A DNA stretch of 63,158 bases, filler included, from Octopus bimaculoides (lineage: Eukaryota): NCBI RefSeq assembly GCF_001194135.2. It is 9 parts of 7 records of this genome, joined end to end, with 100 filler letters (N's around TTAATTAATTAA, not from the genome) between each part and the next. Parts side by side here need not be neighbours in the genome. Positions count along the whole stretch, not along the records: positions 25,801 to 28,697 come from NC_068983.1; positions 28,798 to 35,803 come from NC_069003.1; positions 35,904 to 47,948 come from NC_068995.1; 6 more parts are not named here. One strand, given 5' to 3'. Positions 26,499-39,202 of this stretch are shown here, in pieces. The position numbers and the translations under genes were made by a program. Numbering within the stretch: the first letter of the stretch is position 1; each line of letters starts with the position of its first letter. The notes beneath the pieces are model-generated. The model was not told the origin of the DNA, made no database searches, and worked only from the letters and a program-made list of their open reading frames with translations.

Positions 26499-26708
26499 AA
26501 TGACAACCGTTTACTCTTTGCTCTAATTTATAAAATAAAATAATTCTCTATTTCTACAAATATCGTGGTTTCATTCTTTTGTTGTTATACACACACACAC
26601 ACACACACNNNNNNNNNNNNNNNNNNNNNNNNNNNNNNNNNNNNNNNNNNNNNNNNNNNNNNNNNNNNNNNNNNNNNNNNNNNNNNNNNNNNNNNNNNNN
26701 NNNNNNNN

Positions 26709-27075
26709 AATGACCAATGCGATAAACACATTGGCCACCTCCGCCCTCCCTTTCAGGATAGCCACCGCCAAGACCAGGTCTTGACTAATGCAGCCACCCT
26801 GCTCAATATCTCCGTCCAGTTCTTCTCTATCTGGAGGCCTGGTCCAAACCAGACTCCCAGCAACTTAACCGGTCCCTCCGTCCAGCGCCCAACAACGCTG
26901 TCTGAAGGCATCGACTTGCCAACCCAGGTGCCGAGCAGCAAACCAACCGACTTTTCCCGGTTAATCTTTGCTCCTGCCACCTCCTCGTAAGCCTCAATAG
27001 TCTTACTCACTTCACGTAGGCGTGTTACTGAGGTTACGCTGATAGTGATATCATCCGTGTAAGCCGTAACAAACG
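26709..27075 (-). mobile_element. Tx1/L1-clade LINE reverse transcriptase fragment
   Basis: VTAYTDDITISV...YEEVAGAKINREKSVGLLLGTW...PVKLLGVWFGP...KNW...WSWRWLSLKGRAEVAN (YADD-type motif). Confidence 0.88.
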
Positions 27076-27076
27076 T

Positions 27077-27119
<43 letters not shown>

Positions 27120-28171
27120 AGCTATTGATCTAATACCTTGCTGTTCTGCACGCAGCCCGTAAATTATTATCAAATTGGTGGACATCAACATGCATCAACA
27201 AATAATTGGTTGATTTCTAAAAAAACAAAGACCTGTATTCTTGTTAGAATAATCGGTCCGGAATAGCTTTGACTGAATAAAGTCGAAACACCGTGTCTCT
27301 CGAAGTTCTCTCTTGCTAGTGAATCGTTTATCAACACACATCATTTAAAGAGAGGTGTTGTTCTCCGGCGGCGAAAAATAAGACCGATCTGATGGTTATG
27401 TTATTAAATGGTAGGTAAATCTTGTAAGAAAGCAACCGAATTTCTTCGAGCCATACATTATAACAATAATATGCGCACGCACACACACATACAATGTGGT
27501 CTATAATACACACAAAAAAAACGGACTGTCACGTCTAGAATTACATAAATCAACATAAATCTACTTTAGCATGGCTAATGTCGGGATAAACAACAGCTGT
27601 ATTAGTGTCGAAATTGTGATGATGGTTAGTCGATAATTGACGAGAGAATTAGCATATCTGTGTCCATTGCTTGTGTGTTGTTTTCTATATGTCTTTTTTT
27701 TTTTGTCGTCCTTCTCTTTCACATTTCTACTATTATACATAACATTCTGGTTATACAGCGCGTGTGTGAGGGAGCGAAAGTAAACAGAAGAAAAGAAAGC
27801 GGCTATAAAACAGGGGTGTGAGAGAAATGAGGAAAATTAGCGGCAGAGTGGTATTAGAATATCTATTCTGATAGAGAGTAGCATAAAATCTAATATTAAT
27901 CGGCTACTTGTGAGGGAGAGAATAAGGGTGAATAAACAGATAGACTATTGAGGAATAAAGAAAGTGAGGTTAACACCAGTTTANNNNNNNNNNAGAGTAG
28001 CATAAAATCTAATATTAATCGGCTACTTGTGAGGGAGAGAATAAGGGTGAATAAACAGATAGACTATTGAGGAATAAAGAAAGTGAGGTTAACACCAGTT
28101 TACCTTCAGATAAAATAAGTACCATTGCTCATTGATGAGTAGATTGTTCTATAATTAATGGAGTTGCTAAA

Positions 28172-28385
28172 GGCGCCGAACTGGCAGAATCGTTACCGCG
28201 GTGGGTACAAAGCTCAGCGACATTTCTTCTAACTTCACTTGCAAAATTCAAATGCTGCCGAGGTCGATTTTACCTTTCATCCTTTCAGGGCTAATAAAAT
28301 AAGTACCAGTTGAATACTGGGGTTGGTGTAATCGACTTACCCTCTCCTCTAAAATCACTGGCCTAGTACCGAAATTTGAAACCAT
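28172..28385 (+). mobile_element. Nin/Deu-domain-like SINE
   Basis: ctggcagaatcgtta...gaggtcgattttacctttcatcctttcagggctaataaaataagtaccagtt...gtaatcgacttac. Confidence 0.8.
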
Positions 28386-28425
28386 AATTAATGTGATTAC
28401 TACAGTGTATATAAATGATGCATAT

Positions 28426-28690
28426 TGTTATATGGACTGTTAGATATGTAATTCGTCTGACGTTCCGTGTGTCATGTGGTTCGTCTGAGTTCATTGTTTC
28501 ATTGTTGTTGTCTTGTGGGACTGTCGTAGTAAAATGTCATTGATATATATATGGCGGACATGACTTTTGTTTATTCATAACGAACATTGGGTGAGTGCGT
28601 TCTTTGTATGTAATTGAACAATAAATGTAATAATTAAATTGTATAACTCGTTATGTTATCTCTGCGAGTCAGTCCGAGGGAAACATAACA
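28426..28690 (+). mobile_element. Solo LTR (265 bp) with 5-bp target-site duplication
   Basis: CATAT|TGTTAT...ATAACA|CATAT: 6-bp terminal inverted repeat, TSD at 28421-28425 and 28691-28695, internal TATA-like tract and AATAAA at 28620-28625. Confidence 0.75.
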
Positions 28691-29569
28691 CATATAANNN
28701 NNNNNNNNNNNNNNNNNNNNNNNNNNNNNNNNNNNNNNNNNTTAATTAATTAANNNNNNNNNNNNNNNNNNNNNNNNNNNNNNNNNNNNNNNNNNNNTAT
28801 ATATATATATATATATATATATTTGATTAAATTTGAGCCAATAGAGTAGCGGAGTCGGCTAAAATGATGACACTCTACCACTACAGATTCCTAGCCTGGT
28901 ACCAATGTCAAATCTATTTATAATTCTCAGAATCTTATTTTGAAATCCGTTGAATAAACCGAAAATTGAAATTAAATATTCTATATTCTTACTGATTCTT
29001 AATTTCTCTAAGTTTCTCCAAGTTTCTATCGCTTTATACCTCACTATCCCCCCCCCCTCTCACTTCTCATCTCTTTCTCTTTTTCGCTCTTACAGCTAAG
29101 GTTTGGCTGCATCTAATATATATGTATTATAAGCTGATATCTCCAGTGGAGGCCACATAGAATTACCTTAATCGTACTTATATAAAGGCAGATAAGCCAC
29201 TGCTAATACGTCTCAGTCGAATGAAACAATCTATAATCTTCTCTAAAAACTAAAGAAAAACAAAATAATTGAAGAATCCATTTATGAATCTTTTTTTTGT
29301 TGTTGTCTTTCCTAATAATAATAAAAAAAGGTGGTAGGTGTATATACATATATACACACATATGCATACATATACAAACATACCTCCACACACGTACACA
29401 CACATAGTTATGTATATCTATATATGTATGTAACGAAGGCGAGCAAGCCGAAATTTCGAAGTCACTGTCAACTTTTTCCTTGTAAAAGTTTAATAAACAT
29501 GGACTCTACAAAAAAGTAGTGAATAATATTTCAGTTTGTCTATAACTGGACATAAAAATAAACAACTCT

Positions 29570-29754
29570 CTGTCTGCCTCTCTCTCTCACTTTATCTATC
29601 TATCCATCCATCCATCCGTCCGTCCGTCCGTCCGTCCGTCCGTCCGTCCGTCCGTCCGTCCGTCCGTCTGTCTGTCTGTCCGTCCGTCTGTCTGTCTGTC
29701 TGTCTATCCGTCCGTCCGTCCGTCCGTCCGTCCGTCCGTCCATCCACCTGTCTG

Positions 29755-29799
<45 letters not shown>

Positions 29800-29845
29800 A
29801 TGTCTGTCTGTCTGTCTATATATCCATCCATCCATCCGCCCCCCC
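29570..29845. repeat. Compound tetranucleotide microsatellite (TCCG/TCTG/TCTA/TCCA)n
   Basis: Directly visible. Confidence 0.95.
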
Positions 29846-30098
29846 NNNNNNNNNNNNNNNNNNNNNNNNNNNNNNNNNNNNNNNNNNNNNNNNNNNNNNN
29901 NNNNNNNNNNNNNNNNNNNNNNNNNNNNNNNNNNNNNNNNNNNNNNNNNNNNNNNNNNNNNNNNNNNNNNNNNNNNNNNNNNNNNNNNNNNNNNNNNNNN
30001 NNNNNNNNNNNNNNNNNNNNNNNNNNNNNNNNNNNNNNNNNNNNNNNNNNNNNNNNNNNNNNNNNNNNNNNNNNNNNNNNNNNNNNNNNNNNNNNNNN

Positions 30099-30160
30099 GT
30101 AAAAGACTTTCTTACCTTCCCAAGCGTTAAACTAATACACCTGTCTTCGTCTTTTATATA
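30099..30160 (+). mobile_element. 3' flank of the hammerhead-bearing repeat family (ribozyme core probably in the gap)
   Basis: gta|aaagactttctt.ccttcccaagcgttaaactaatacac matches the sequence downstream of the 49.4-kb hammerhead. Confidence 0.65.
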
Positions 30161-30313
30161 TTTCAACTATACACACACACACACTCTCACACACACACAC
30201 ACTCTCACACACACACACACTCTCACACACACACACACTCTCACACACACACACACTCTCACACACATACATACATACACACACACACATACATACATAC
30301 ATACATACATACA

Positions 30314-30346
<33 letters not shown>

Positions 30347-30579
30347 TTAGCCAAGCATATTCAGATACCTGCACTCACAAACACTCAGGTATATACAATG
30401 GAAGCCGGCAGCTCAATAAGTGTTATAAACACTTGTTTTTCAAGAGTTGCAAAGCAAAGATGGCTTTTTATCCCATCTGATGGCGTGCAGTTTTTATCAC
30501 AACTGTCATAGGAACGTCTCTCCTCAGTTATATGCCATGTAGAATCATGATAATTGGCATTGTGTACAGGCATATGTCA

Positions 30580-30675
<96 letters not shown>

Positions 30676-31499
30676 CTCTTCATCCTTTCCCATCCTCGGC
30701 TGAAGTCAATGTGTATTGGCACGTATATCTTCTTTGAGGTAACCTCAATGTATTTTTATCTTGTTTTGATTCCTGTAATCTAAAGGATAGCAAGATTGAA
30801 CTTAGAAACACAAACTCGCTGATAAGATGATCGTTTGGAGGAACGTTCATATCTTTGGGCACACAAATATTCAGGATCGATATTATTCTCTAAATATATT
30901 CTACCATAATATTTCGGTGTCAATACGGTTGTGCTCTTCGGTTCCTATAAAAAATCAATTTGCAGTAAAACATTACTGAACTAAATTGATTCAATATGAA
31001 CGAATTAGTAGTTTTCTACTTCATTCATAACTAATTATATATACTAATTAGATCATTAATCCTGATTATTTGTTGAATTATTAATTAGTAGGCTGGTTTA
31101 CAATTAAGAACATTTTGGTTTATTAAATATAAAACTGTAAGTTGCAGGATTCCTGAATTTCATTTCGTCGACTTTTAACATCTAACCCTTTGATGTCCAG
31201 TATACTACAAAAACTCGGAATAGGTCTCTGTTCTTTTTAATATATTTCTTGTGAGCTTTTGGTTTCTTCCTCCTTTGGATCTAAAATTGGATCTATAATC
31301 CTTAAATGGTTTTTAGGGTTTGCATGGTTCTGCCATCAAAGTAGAAATCTGGAGAGATTTGGTTGCTAAATTCCTTTAGAGTGTTCCACTTCGTCAGAGC
31401 AAAGTCTTGTGATAAAAGCGAAATAGTATGTTGTAGTAGAATTTAGTAAATGGTTTTAATTTCTCTGGTTTAATGTAGATACGTTTTGAAGGCTCGATT

Positions 31500-31810
31500 T
31501 TGCTTCGAAGGTTTCACGTTCAATTGAATCTGACATAAAGACAAAAGCAAAGCTACTAAGTTGGCTAGCCACGTATGGAGTTTGAAATCTAACGCAAAAC
31601 CATATGTGATTAAGAAGAAAATAATTGAAAAATCTACACCTTATGTTAATGGGTCAAATAGATGTAAGTTATGTTTAGCTGAAAGAGCTCAGATTCTTTT
31701 CAGATCGAAAATCCCTAACTCACTAATGAACTCTGAAATTTCCAGCGATTGTAAACGTATGTTAAATTACATTTTGAAGAATTGGAAAATTCCGTCTATA
31801 TTTGTTTAAC
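31500..31810 (+). mobile_element. Penelope-like element GIY-YIG C-terminal remnant
   Basis: KATKLASHVWSLKSN...IIEKSTPYVNGSNRCKLCLAERAQIL...SEISSDCKR matches the recalled PLE pattern T.LS..IW.LK...C.LCL.EK..I...C.H. Confidence 0.8.
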
Positions 31811-32016
31811 TTGTTGATATTGTTCCAGCCTTATATTTCAAGGTCTAAGGAGGATAGCACATTTACCCTTTTTTTATTACCGTTTTACTTATTTGTTTTC
31901 CGTTTTTCTTTTTCCGTTTTTTAACCTTCCACATTTTCTATATGCATCCTTATTCTTCTCAACATTTTTTTGCTTCTTCTCTCATTCAATTTTTTGTTCG
32001 TTATGATATGTGGTTT

Positions 32017-32072
32017 GTGCCTGATGAATATATTTGAAGTATTTCTCAACATATGAAACTATTAGTAACACA
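32017..32072 (+). ncRNA. Type I hammerhead ribozyme downstream of the PLE endonuclease
   Basis: gtgc-CTGATGA (32021-32027)-atat...atat-GAAA (32055-32058)-CTATTAG-TA-acac; GTA triplet at 32065-32067. Confidence 0.7.
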
Positions 32073-32193
32073 CAAAACACGCATTGTTTTTATTGAATAA
32101 TATTTTTCTTTCACTAGATGGAGTACTTTTCTTGCTGATCTTACCATCACGGAACAATACACAATATGTGTGTGTGTGAGTGTGTGTGTGAAT

Positions 32194-32330
32194 GCGCATG
32201 GCTCAGTGGTTAGAGCGTCGGTTTCACAATCATGAGGTAGCAAGTTCGATTCCCGGACCGGGCTATCTGCTGTGTTCTGGAGCAAGACACTTTATTTCAC
32301 GTTGCTGCAGTTCACTCAGCTGCAGAAAAG
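32194..32330 (+). mobile_element. tRNA-derived SINE, third family (gcgcatggctcagtggttagagcg head)
   Basis: A-box tggctcagtgg, B-box gttcgattcc, then gagcaagacactttatttcacgttgc; second copy at 59163. Confidence 0.85.
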
Positions 32331-32577
32331 GTTCCTAGACCTGTGAAACTACGGTACACCTGAACGATAGATCTGTAGATCGGGTCAAACCATTTGGATG
32401 CATAAGTCCTTTGATCGATCAATACAGGACTGAGCTTACGCAACAACTTAGTAATTCCGTTTCATACCAATGCTAATGTGTCATAGAAGACTGGCTCATT
32501 CGACTCGTTTCATTTCTACTTCCAGCCGGTATGTTAATTCTAGTGTAGATATTTATTTAAATGGATCTGATGGAGAA

Positions 32578-32643
<66 letters not shown>

Positions 32644-33035
32644 AATAGATTTTCCTTGTAGATAGAGTCTGATGAACACAGTGCGTGTGAGAGGTACCAA
32701 AGAACCAGACTTAATTAATTAGAAATGCTTATATTTACTTAATACTTTATAACATTCATCCAATTGTGACGGTTGTCACGTGAAGACGGACACGTTGCTG
32801 CAGCCAAAGATTATACAGTACCAGACACACACACATACATACATACAGACAGACGGAATACATACATGCATCCATCCGTACATACATACATACATATACA
32901 CGTACACACACATACATATAGCACATGAAACATGCACATCGTTTTCACAAGAATACAAATATTCTTTCTGTTTCCCTTCTTACAAACACATCACTCGAAC
33001 ACACAAACACTCACACGAACATACACACAGAAGAA

Positions 33036-33071
<36 letters not shown>

Positions 33072-33289
33072 ATACTTATACAATAAATTATGATGAATAG
33101 CTAATTATTACAAGAATGCAGACTTTCTTTGTTGATAACATATTCCAATGATAAATATGTCTTCTAATCGGACTTACTCTGAGAAAAACCAAATAGGCCA
33201 GTGATCAGGGGTTAGAATTAAAAAAAAAAAAAAAACAGGACCACAGAACCTTAATCATGTTATTAATTTTTGATGGCAGTTCTTGGAGT

Positions 33290-33520
33290 CCGAAGGCAAT
33301 GAGGATTGGCGGCACGCCTATATCCGGAGTTGACTGCTAGTATTATTCTTTACCCATCGTTTTAGTCTCTTCTCCATCACTGCAAGAATTTTTTCCTGCC
33401 CGCGCTTCGTTGTTTTAAAGTAAGAGTTAGTCCGCTCAAACTGTTCTCACTCTTTAAACATGAAAATCTGACAATTGATCTTCGGAGAGCTAAAACAGTT
33501 GCACTGAGAAGCAAGCTGTA
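33290..33520 (-). mobile_element. Possible pogo/Tigger CENP-B-type HTH remnant
   Basis: LALRRSIV / ...TTKRGQEKILAVMEKRLKRWVKNNTSSQ resembles the EMEKLL..W motif; the match needs a frameshift. Confidence 0.35.
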
Positions 33521-33934
33521 GGCTTTACATCGAAGTGGCCTTCTAGGTGAATTGCCTAACAGGGCAGGCGAATTCTCCCTATCCTGGGGTTGCCGCAGTG
33601 GTGTCAAAGAGGGCACCGAGCCACCATGCATGTTAAAAGAAAGACGTATTTCTATCAAGTTAACGGGGAATAAACGAGATGCAGGAATAGAATTAGTGAG
33701 GCTGCTGTTCTCACCATCTCACCATGAATTGGGACCAAGGGTGAAAGTAGATTGGTTAGTGTTGAATTTAATATATATATGTATATATANNNNNNNNNNN
33801 NNNNNNNNNNNNNNNNNNNNNNNNNNNNNNNNNNNNNNNNNNNNNNNNNNNNNNNNNNNNNNNNNNNNNNNNNNNNNNNNNNNNNNNNNNNNNNNNNNNN
33901 NNNNNNNNNNNNNNNNNNNNNNNNNNNGTGTGTG

Positions 33935-33966
<32 letters not shown>

Positions 33967-34064
33967 TGTATGTATAGTCAAATCGAATAATCGAACATTT
34001 AGAATACCAAAAACAAGAGGACGTGCACATGGAATCTATTAATTTGACGGTAAAAAGAGAGAGA

Positions 34065-34099
34065 TTTTGACGTTTCGAGGATAGCTTTTCGTCAGAAAG
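34065..34099 (-). ncRNA. Minimal type I hammerhead with degraded stem II
   Basis: Minus strand: cttt-CTGACGA-a-aagc-tat-cctc-GAAA-CG-TC-aaaa; stem II has two mismatches relative to gagc/gctc. Confidence 0.6.
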
Positions 34100-34417
34100 G
34101 CTAACGGAAAAGTCTAGAGAAGGAAAAATATCGCCAACAGAACGTATGTCGTTACATTTCAGAAACTCTCTGGAGCCCAGTCACAAATTTATAATATAGA
34201 CTGGTGATGAACCATAATCTCCGACTCTGCCATAAGAATATTTAGAGTTCTTCACTAATCTAAACAATATTATTAGCCTGGTGTACCAACAGAGAGCTTA
34301 TGAAGTATTTTCCCCGGATTGATAATCCCTTATTATTATCTCTGTTATACATATGTGGATCGTTGTCGATTTTTTTTCCTCCGTCTTCCTTTTCTTTTGG
34401 ACTTTCCTTTGTCTCCT

Positions 34418-34452
34418 GTTTCTGAAGAAGAGCTTTGCTCGAAACGTAAAAC
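34418..34452 (+). ncRNA. Minimal type I hammerhead of the PLE type, intact core
   Basis: gttt-CTGAAGA-a-gagc-ttt-gctc-GAAA-CG-TA-aaac; palindromic ACGT stem III consistent with a dimeric active form. Confidence 0.8.
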
Positions 34453-34580
34453 TACCTTTCTTTCCTTCCCTGAGCGTTTGTTAATACTTTGCATGTACCA
34501 CGTCTTCACGTTGTTATTTTTTCTTCGTTTTATTTTTGGTGGGGAGGGGATTAGTAATTATATATATATATATATATATA

Positions 34581-34642
<62 letters not shown>

Positions 34643-34887
34643 TGCGTGCTGGGATAACTGCACCCCCCGCTCATAGAAACGGAAGATGCTGGAGAAAAAA
34701 GATGTGTGTGTATGTTTTTTGTGTGTATATATGCTTATGAACATTTCTTGCATTGAAACCCTGAAATCAGTGAGTAAAAAAAAGTATGTATACGTGCATA
34801 TATGTACGTATATACGTGTGCATGGGCATAGGGCATAGGTATATACATTGTATACATGCATGCATACGTACATATATGCATATGTGC

Positions 34888-34944
<57 letters not shown>

Positions 34945-35539
34945 CGTATGTTTAGGCATGTGTATGCATGTATGTATGTATGTGCGTATGTGCATGAATG
35001 AACGAAACGAAATAAGATTTTTTAAATAAAGAAAAAAAAATTAAATTAAACAAAAGACAACAACAAAATCACCAAACAAACAAACAAAAAACAAGGAGAT
35101 AAAAATAATGTAATAATCTACAATGCACTGTACATCACCACCACCACCACCATTGATTGGTTATAATCAATTGATGTTAATCGTGCTGATTCCTAAGTTG
35201 AATTAAACGAAGCTTTAATACGGGCTTTGTTCACCCTCTCTCACACCATTCACCCTTTCTTCAATTCCTTTCTCTCTCTCTCTCTCTCTCTCCCTTTCAC
35301 CTTCTCTCTTGCGCTCTCTTTTACGCTTTCACACTCTTCTTTTTTTCACGTAACATTCTGCCTTTTTTCTAACCCTTTTCTCTTTCCTTTTTCACCCCTT
35401 CACTCTCTCCCTTATATTCTCTATCTTACACACTCACCTTCTTTCTCTCTATCCCTTTCCTCCATCTCCTCTTTCTTTTCCTTTACATTCATCTCTTGAT
35501 TTCTCTTTCCTCCTCTCATTTTCTCATCCTTTTTCTCTA

Positions 35540-35591
<52 letters not shown>

Positions 35592-35738
35592 CTCCTTTTT
35601 TCTCTCTTTCCCTTTCTCTTCACCTCTTTCTACTCCCCTAGTTCTTTTTCTTACTTATGCCCCCCACCTTTACCCCCTCCCTCTCTCTCTCTCTCATACA
35701 CCTTCAAAATTCTCTGATCACACAAATCACTTAGTTTT

Positions 35739-35791
<53 letters not shown>

Positions 35792-36527
35792 ATTTATTTA
35801 TTTNNNNNNNNNNNNNNNNNNNNNNNNNNNNNNNNNNNNNNNNNNNNTTAATTAATTAANNNNNNNNNNNNNNNNNNNNNNNNNNNNNNNNNNNNNNNNN
35901 NNNAACATATAATGAAAAATAAATTTTAAAAAACAGAAAAGCAAACGAAAAACACCTCTTAGGAAGAAAAATATTCACAAGATGTCCCAACAAATTGGGG
36001 TTTCATATCCCACCACACCGCGTCTTACGACAATCGTAACATCTGGTTAGCATAAACTAACAAACCACACAGAACTGTCAAACTTGAGAAATGACACTTT
36101 TTTTTTTTTTTAAATGACATAGCTTTCTTAAGAACACAATTACAACAAACATCATCACTGCCACCATCTCCAACACTGTCTCTACACCCATTCCGCCATT
36201 ACAAGAATTAATGTGCAGCAGAAATTCTACATATTGTTGGTTATTTCTTGCTGTTTTTTCTTTTTTTGTATTTTCCTCCTATGTCCTTGTCGCATCGTTC
36301 CCCAAACTTGCTTCTCTGCAATTTTTTTATGATGGTTTCTTTTTTGTCTTCTTTAAATCCGAAATTTCAGCCAATTAGAAGCAATATTCTTTGACAAAAT
36401 GGACGAGGCATATAATTTCCGACGTATATGACACTTTTTACGTTAACTTTGTTGTTGCGCTGTCTTCTGTTATTACCACCATTCTCTTCGTTGTTCTTCT
36501 TGTTTTACAACAACAACAACAACAACA

Positions 36528-36594
<67 letters not shown>

Positions 36595-36604
36595 TCATTA
36601 TTAT

Positions 36605-36800
36605 TATTCGAGCTGGCCGAATCGTTAGAGATCTGGACGAAATACTCAGTGGTATTTCGTCCGTCCTAACGTACTGAGTTCGAATCTAATTTTTATCTCT
36701 TCGGGGACGATAAATTAAGTGTCACTGAAGCAACATTGGGGTCGATGTAATCGACTAGTCTCTTACCTCCCAAAATTTCAGGCTTTTGCCTATAGTAGAC
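36605..36800 (+). mobile_element. Nin/Deu-domain-like SINE between (TAC)n and (ATT)n tracts
   Basis: gagctggccgaatcgttag...gagttcgaatc...ttcggggacgataaattaagtgtc...ggggtcgatgtaatcgactag. Confidence 0.8.
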
Positions 36801-36879
36801 AGGTTTATTATTATTATTATTTTTATTATTATCATTATTGTTGTTGTTGTTGTTATGATTATTATTATTGTTATTTCCA

Positions 36880-36932
<53 letters not shown>

Positions 36933-36939
36933 ACACGAA

Positions 36940-37135
36940 TGAATGCTCTAGAGTTGTCCCAAACCAATACAAGTTGTGGCGGCACGACCAGGTAGCGAAA
37001 GTGATACATTGGAAACAGGGCGAAAAGTGGGGACTAGAGAGAAGCAAGACTTGGTATGAGCACAAACCGCAGAGAGTGGCAGAGTCGGAGACCAGCAAAA
37101 TACCTTGGGATTTCCCAATCCAAACAGATCCATGA
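36940..37135 (+). mobile_element. R4/Dong-like LINE fragment
   Basis: NECSRVVPNQYKLWRHDQVAKVIHWK...WYEHKPQRVAESETSKIPWDFPIQTD. Confidence 0.85.
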
Positions 37136-37430
37136 TGTTAACTGGATGATTGATTTTTATCTCTCTCGGTACATATACTCAGATTACACCGTCCTCAGAC
37201 TCAAAACCAAACACACTGAAATGTTCGTATTGGAGATTCTGGCGCGAATGCCAAGACGCACAGCATGTCGTTTCCAAATTTCTAGCAGAGTGAATTATGT
37301 CATGGTTGTGTGTTTCTCACCGACGGTGCCCAAATAACCCCACTATACTGTGTAGTCGACAAAATAAAAAATAAAAAATGCGGCTGCGCGAAATTAAAAT
37401 ATAAAATGTCGACAGTTTACCGAACGCCCC

Positions 37431-37473
<43 letters not shown>

Positions 37474-39104
37474 TACAGTCAATATATTATAAATACACAC
37501 TCACACCCGCAGATAAATACATACATACATACATACATATATATATATGCACATGCATAAACATATATATTATATATAATTATATATANNNNNNNNNNNN
37601 NNNNNNNNNNNNNNNNNNNNNNNNNNNNNNNNNNNNNNNNNNNNNNNNNNNNNNNNNNNNNNNNNNNNNNNNNNNNNNNNNNNNNNNNNNNNNNNNNNNN
37701 NNNNNNNNNNNNNNNNNNNNNNNTTTTATAAATGTAAATAAATACAAAAGTTAAAAAAAAAAAGAAAGAATTATTAAAATACAGAACCGAATAAACAAAA
37801 CCAGATGATGCTATGGTGTAAGTGAGTGTACAATGCAAAGAAACAACAACAAAAAACAAATACTTTCCGTCACCATCTTACTGCCTCCATCGCTACGGCA
37901 ATAAGCGTCGACACTGCCACTGCCGCTGCCGCCACTACAGCCATCGCCACCGCCGACGCCGTCACTGTCCTCACCGCCACTGCCGCCGCCATCACCGCTG
38001 CATCTTTCAACACCACCCTGGGCCAAAGATTGTGTCTTTGTGGAATGGTTTACCACAGCTGGACGGAGTGTGGTGGGATGAGGCAGGGATTCGTCATCCC
38101 GTTTTTACGAATTTCTAATTTACATTTTGATTAAATCATAATACAGGGATTAACAACGGTGCTTTACTACTCAGGAGTAAGAGCAAAAGAGGGAAAAGGA
38201 TCGGTGCCCCAGGAGGAAACCGCATATATACATTGCGTCAATGAAATGCATATATTAATACTTAAATCCATGCGCAGACCTTTATGTGCGTGCACGCATA
38301 CACACATTCACGACTACGTACATACACAGGCAAACATATACATACACACACACATATATATATATATATAAACATGCATATATACATATACGTATATATA
38401 TATATACATATATATATGCATATTTATATACGTATATATACATATATATACACACATACATATATACATACACACAAAAACACACACANNNNNNNNNNNN
38501 NNNNNNNNNNNNNNNNNNNNNNNNNNNNNNNNNNNNNNNNNNNNNNNNNNNNNNNNNNNNNNNNNNNNNNNNNNNNNNNNNNNNNNNNNNNNNNNNNNNN
38601 NNNNNNNNNNNNNNNNNNNNNNNNNNNNNNNNNNNNNNNNNNNNNNNNNNNNNNNNNNNNNNNNNNNNNNNNNNNNNNNNNNNNNNNNNNNNNNNNNNNN
38701 NNNNNNNNNNNNNNNNNNNNNNNNNNNNNNNNNNNNNNNNNNNNNNNNNNNNNNNNNNNNNNNNNNNNNNNNNNNNNNNNNNNNNNNNNNNNNNNNNNNN
38801 NNNNNNNNNNNNNNNNNNNNNNNNNNNNNNNNNNNNNNNNNNNNNNNNNNNNNNNNNNNNNNNNNNNNNNNNNNNNNNNNNNNNNNNNNNNNNNNNNNNN
38901 NNNNNNNNNNNNNNNNNNNNNNNNNNNNNNNNNNNNNNNNNNNNNNNNNNNNNNNNNNNNNNNNNNNNNNNNNNNNNNNNNNNNNNNNNNNNNNNNCATG
39001 AAAATGCATGTTTTACATAAAGTAATGTTTCCAGCCTGTATTCTTGCATATATACATGCACACATACATACATGCATACATACATACATACATACATACA
39101 TACA

Positions 39105-39141
<37 letters not shown>

Positions 39142-39159
39142 ATATATGCATATATATGC

Positions 39160-39202
<43 letters not shown>

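Noticed and set aside
27875-28102. Exact 109-bp tandem duplication
   Set aside because: The two copies flank a 10-N gap, so this is an unmerged contig overlap. The same applies near 47500-47650.
32194-32270. tRNA-like sequences (also 55480-55555 and 59163-59235)
   Set aside because: These are SINE heads with A/B boxes that run into SINE bodies and lack a proper acceptor stem; they are not tRNA genes.
32660-32710. CTGATGA-acac-agtgc-gtgt-GAGA hammerhead-like string
   Set aside because: GAAA is mutated and there is no valid NUH triplet or stem I. At best a dead relic.
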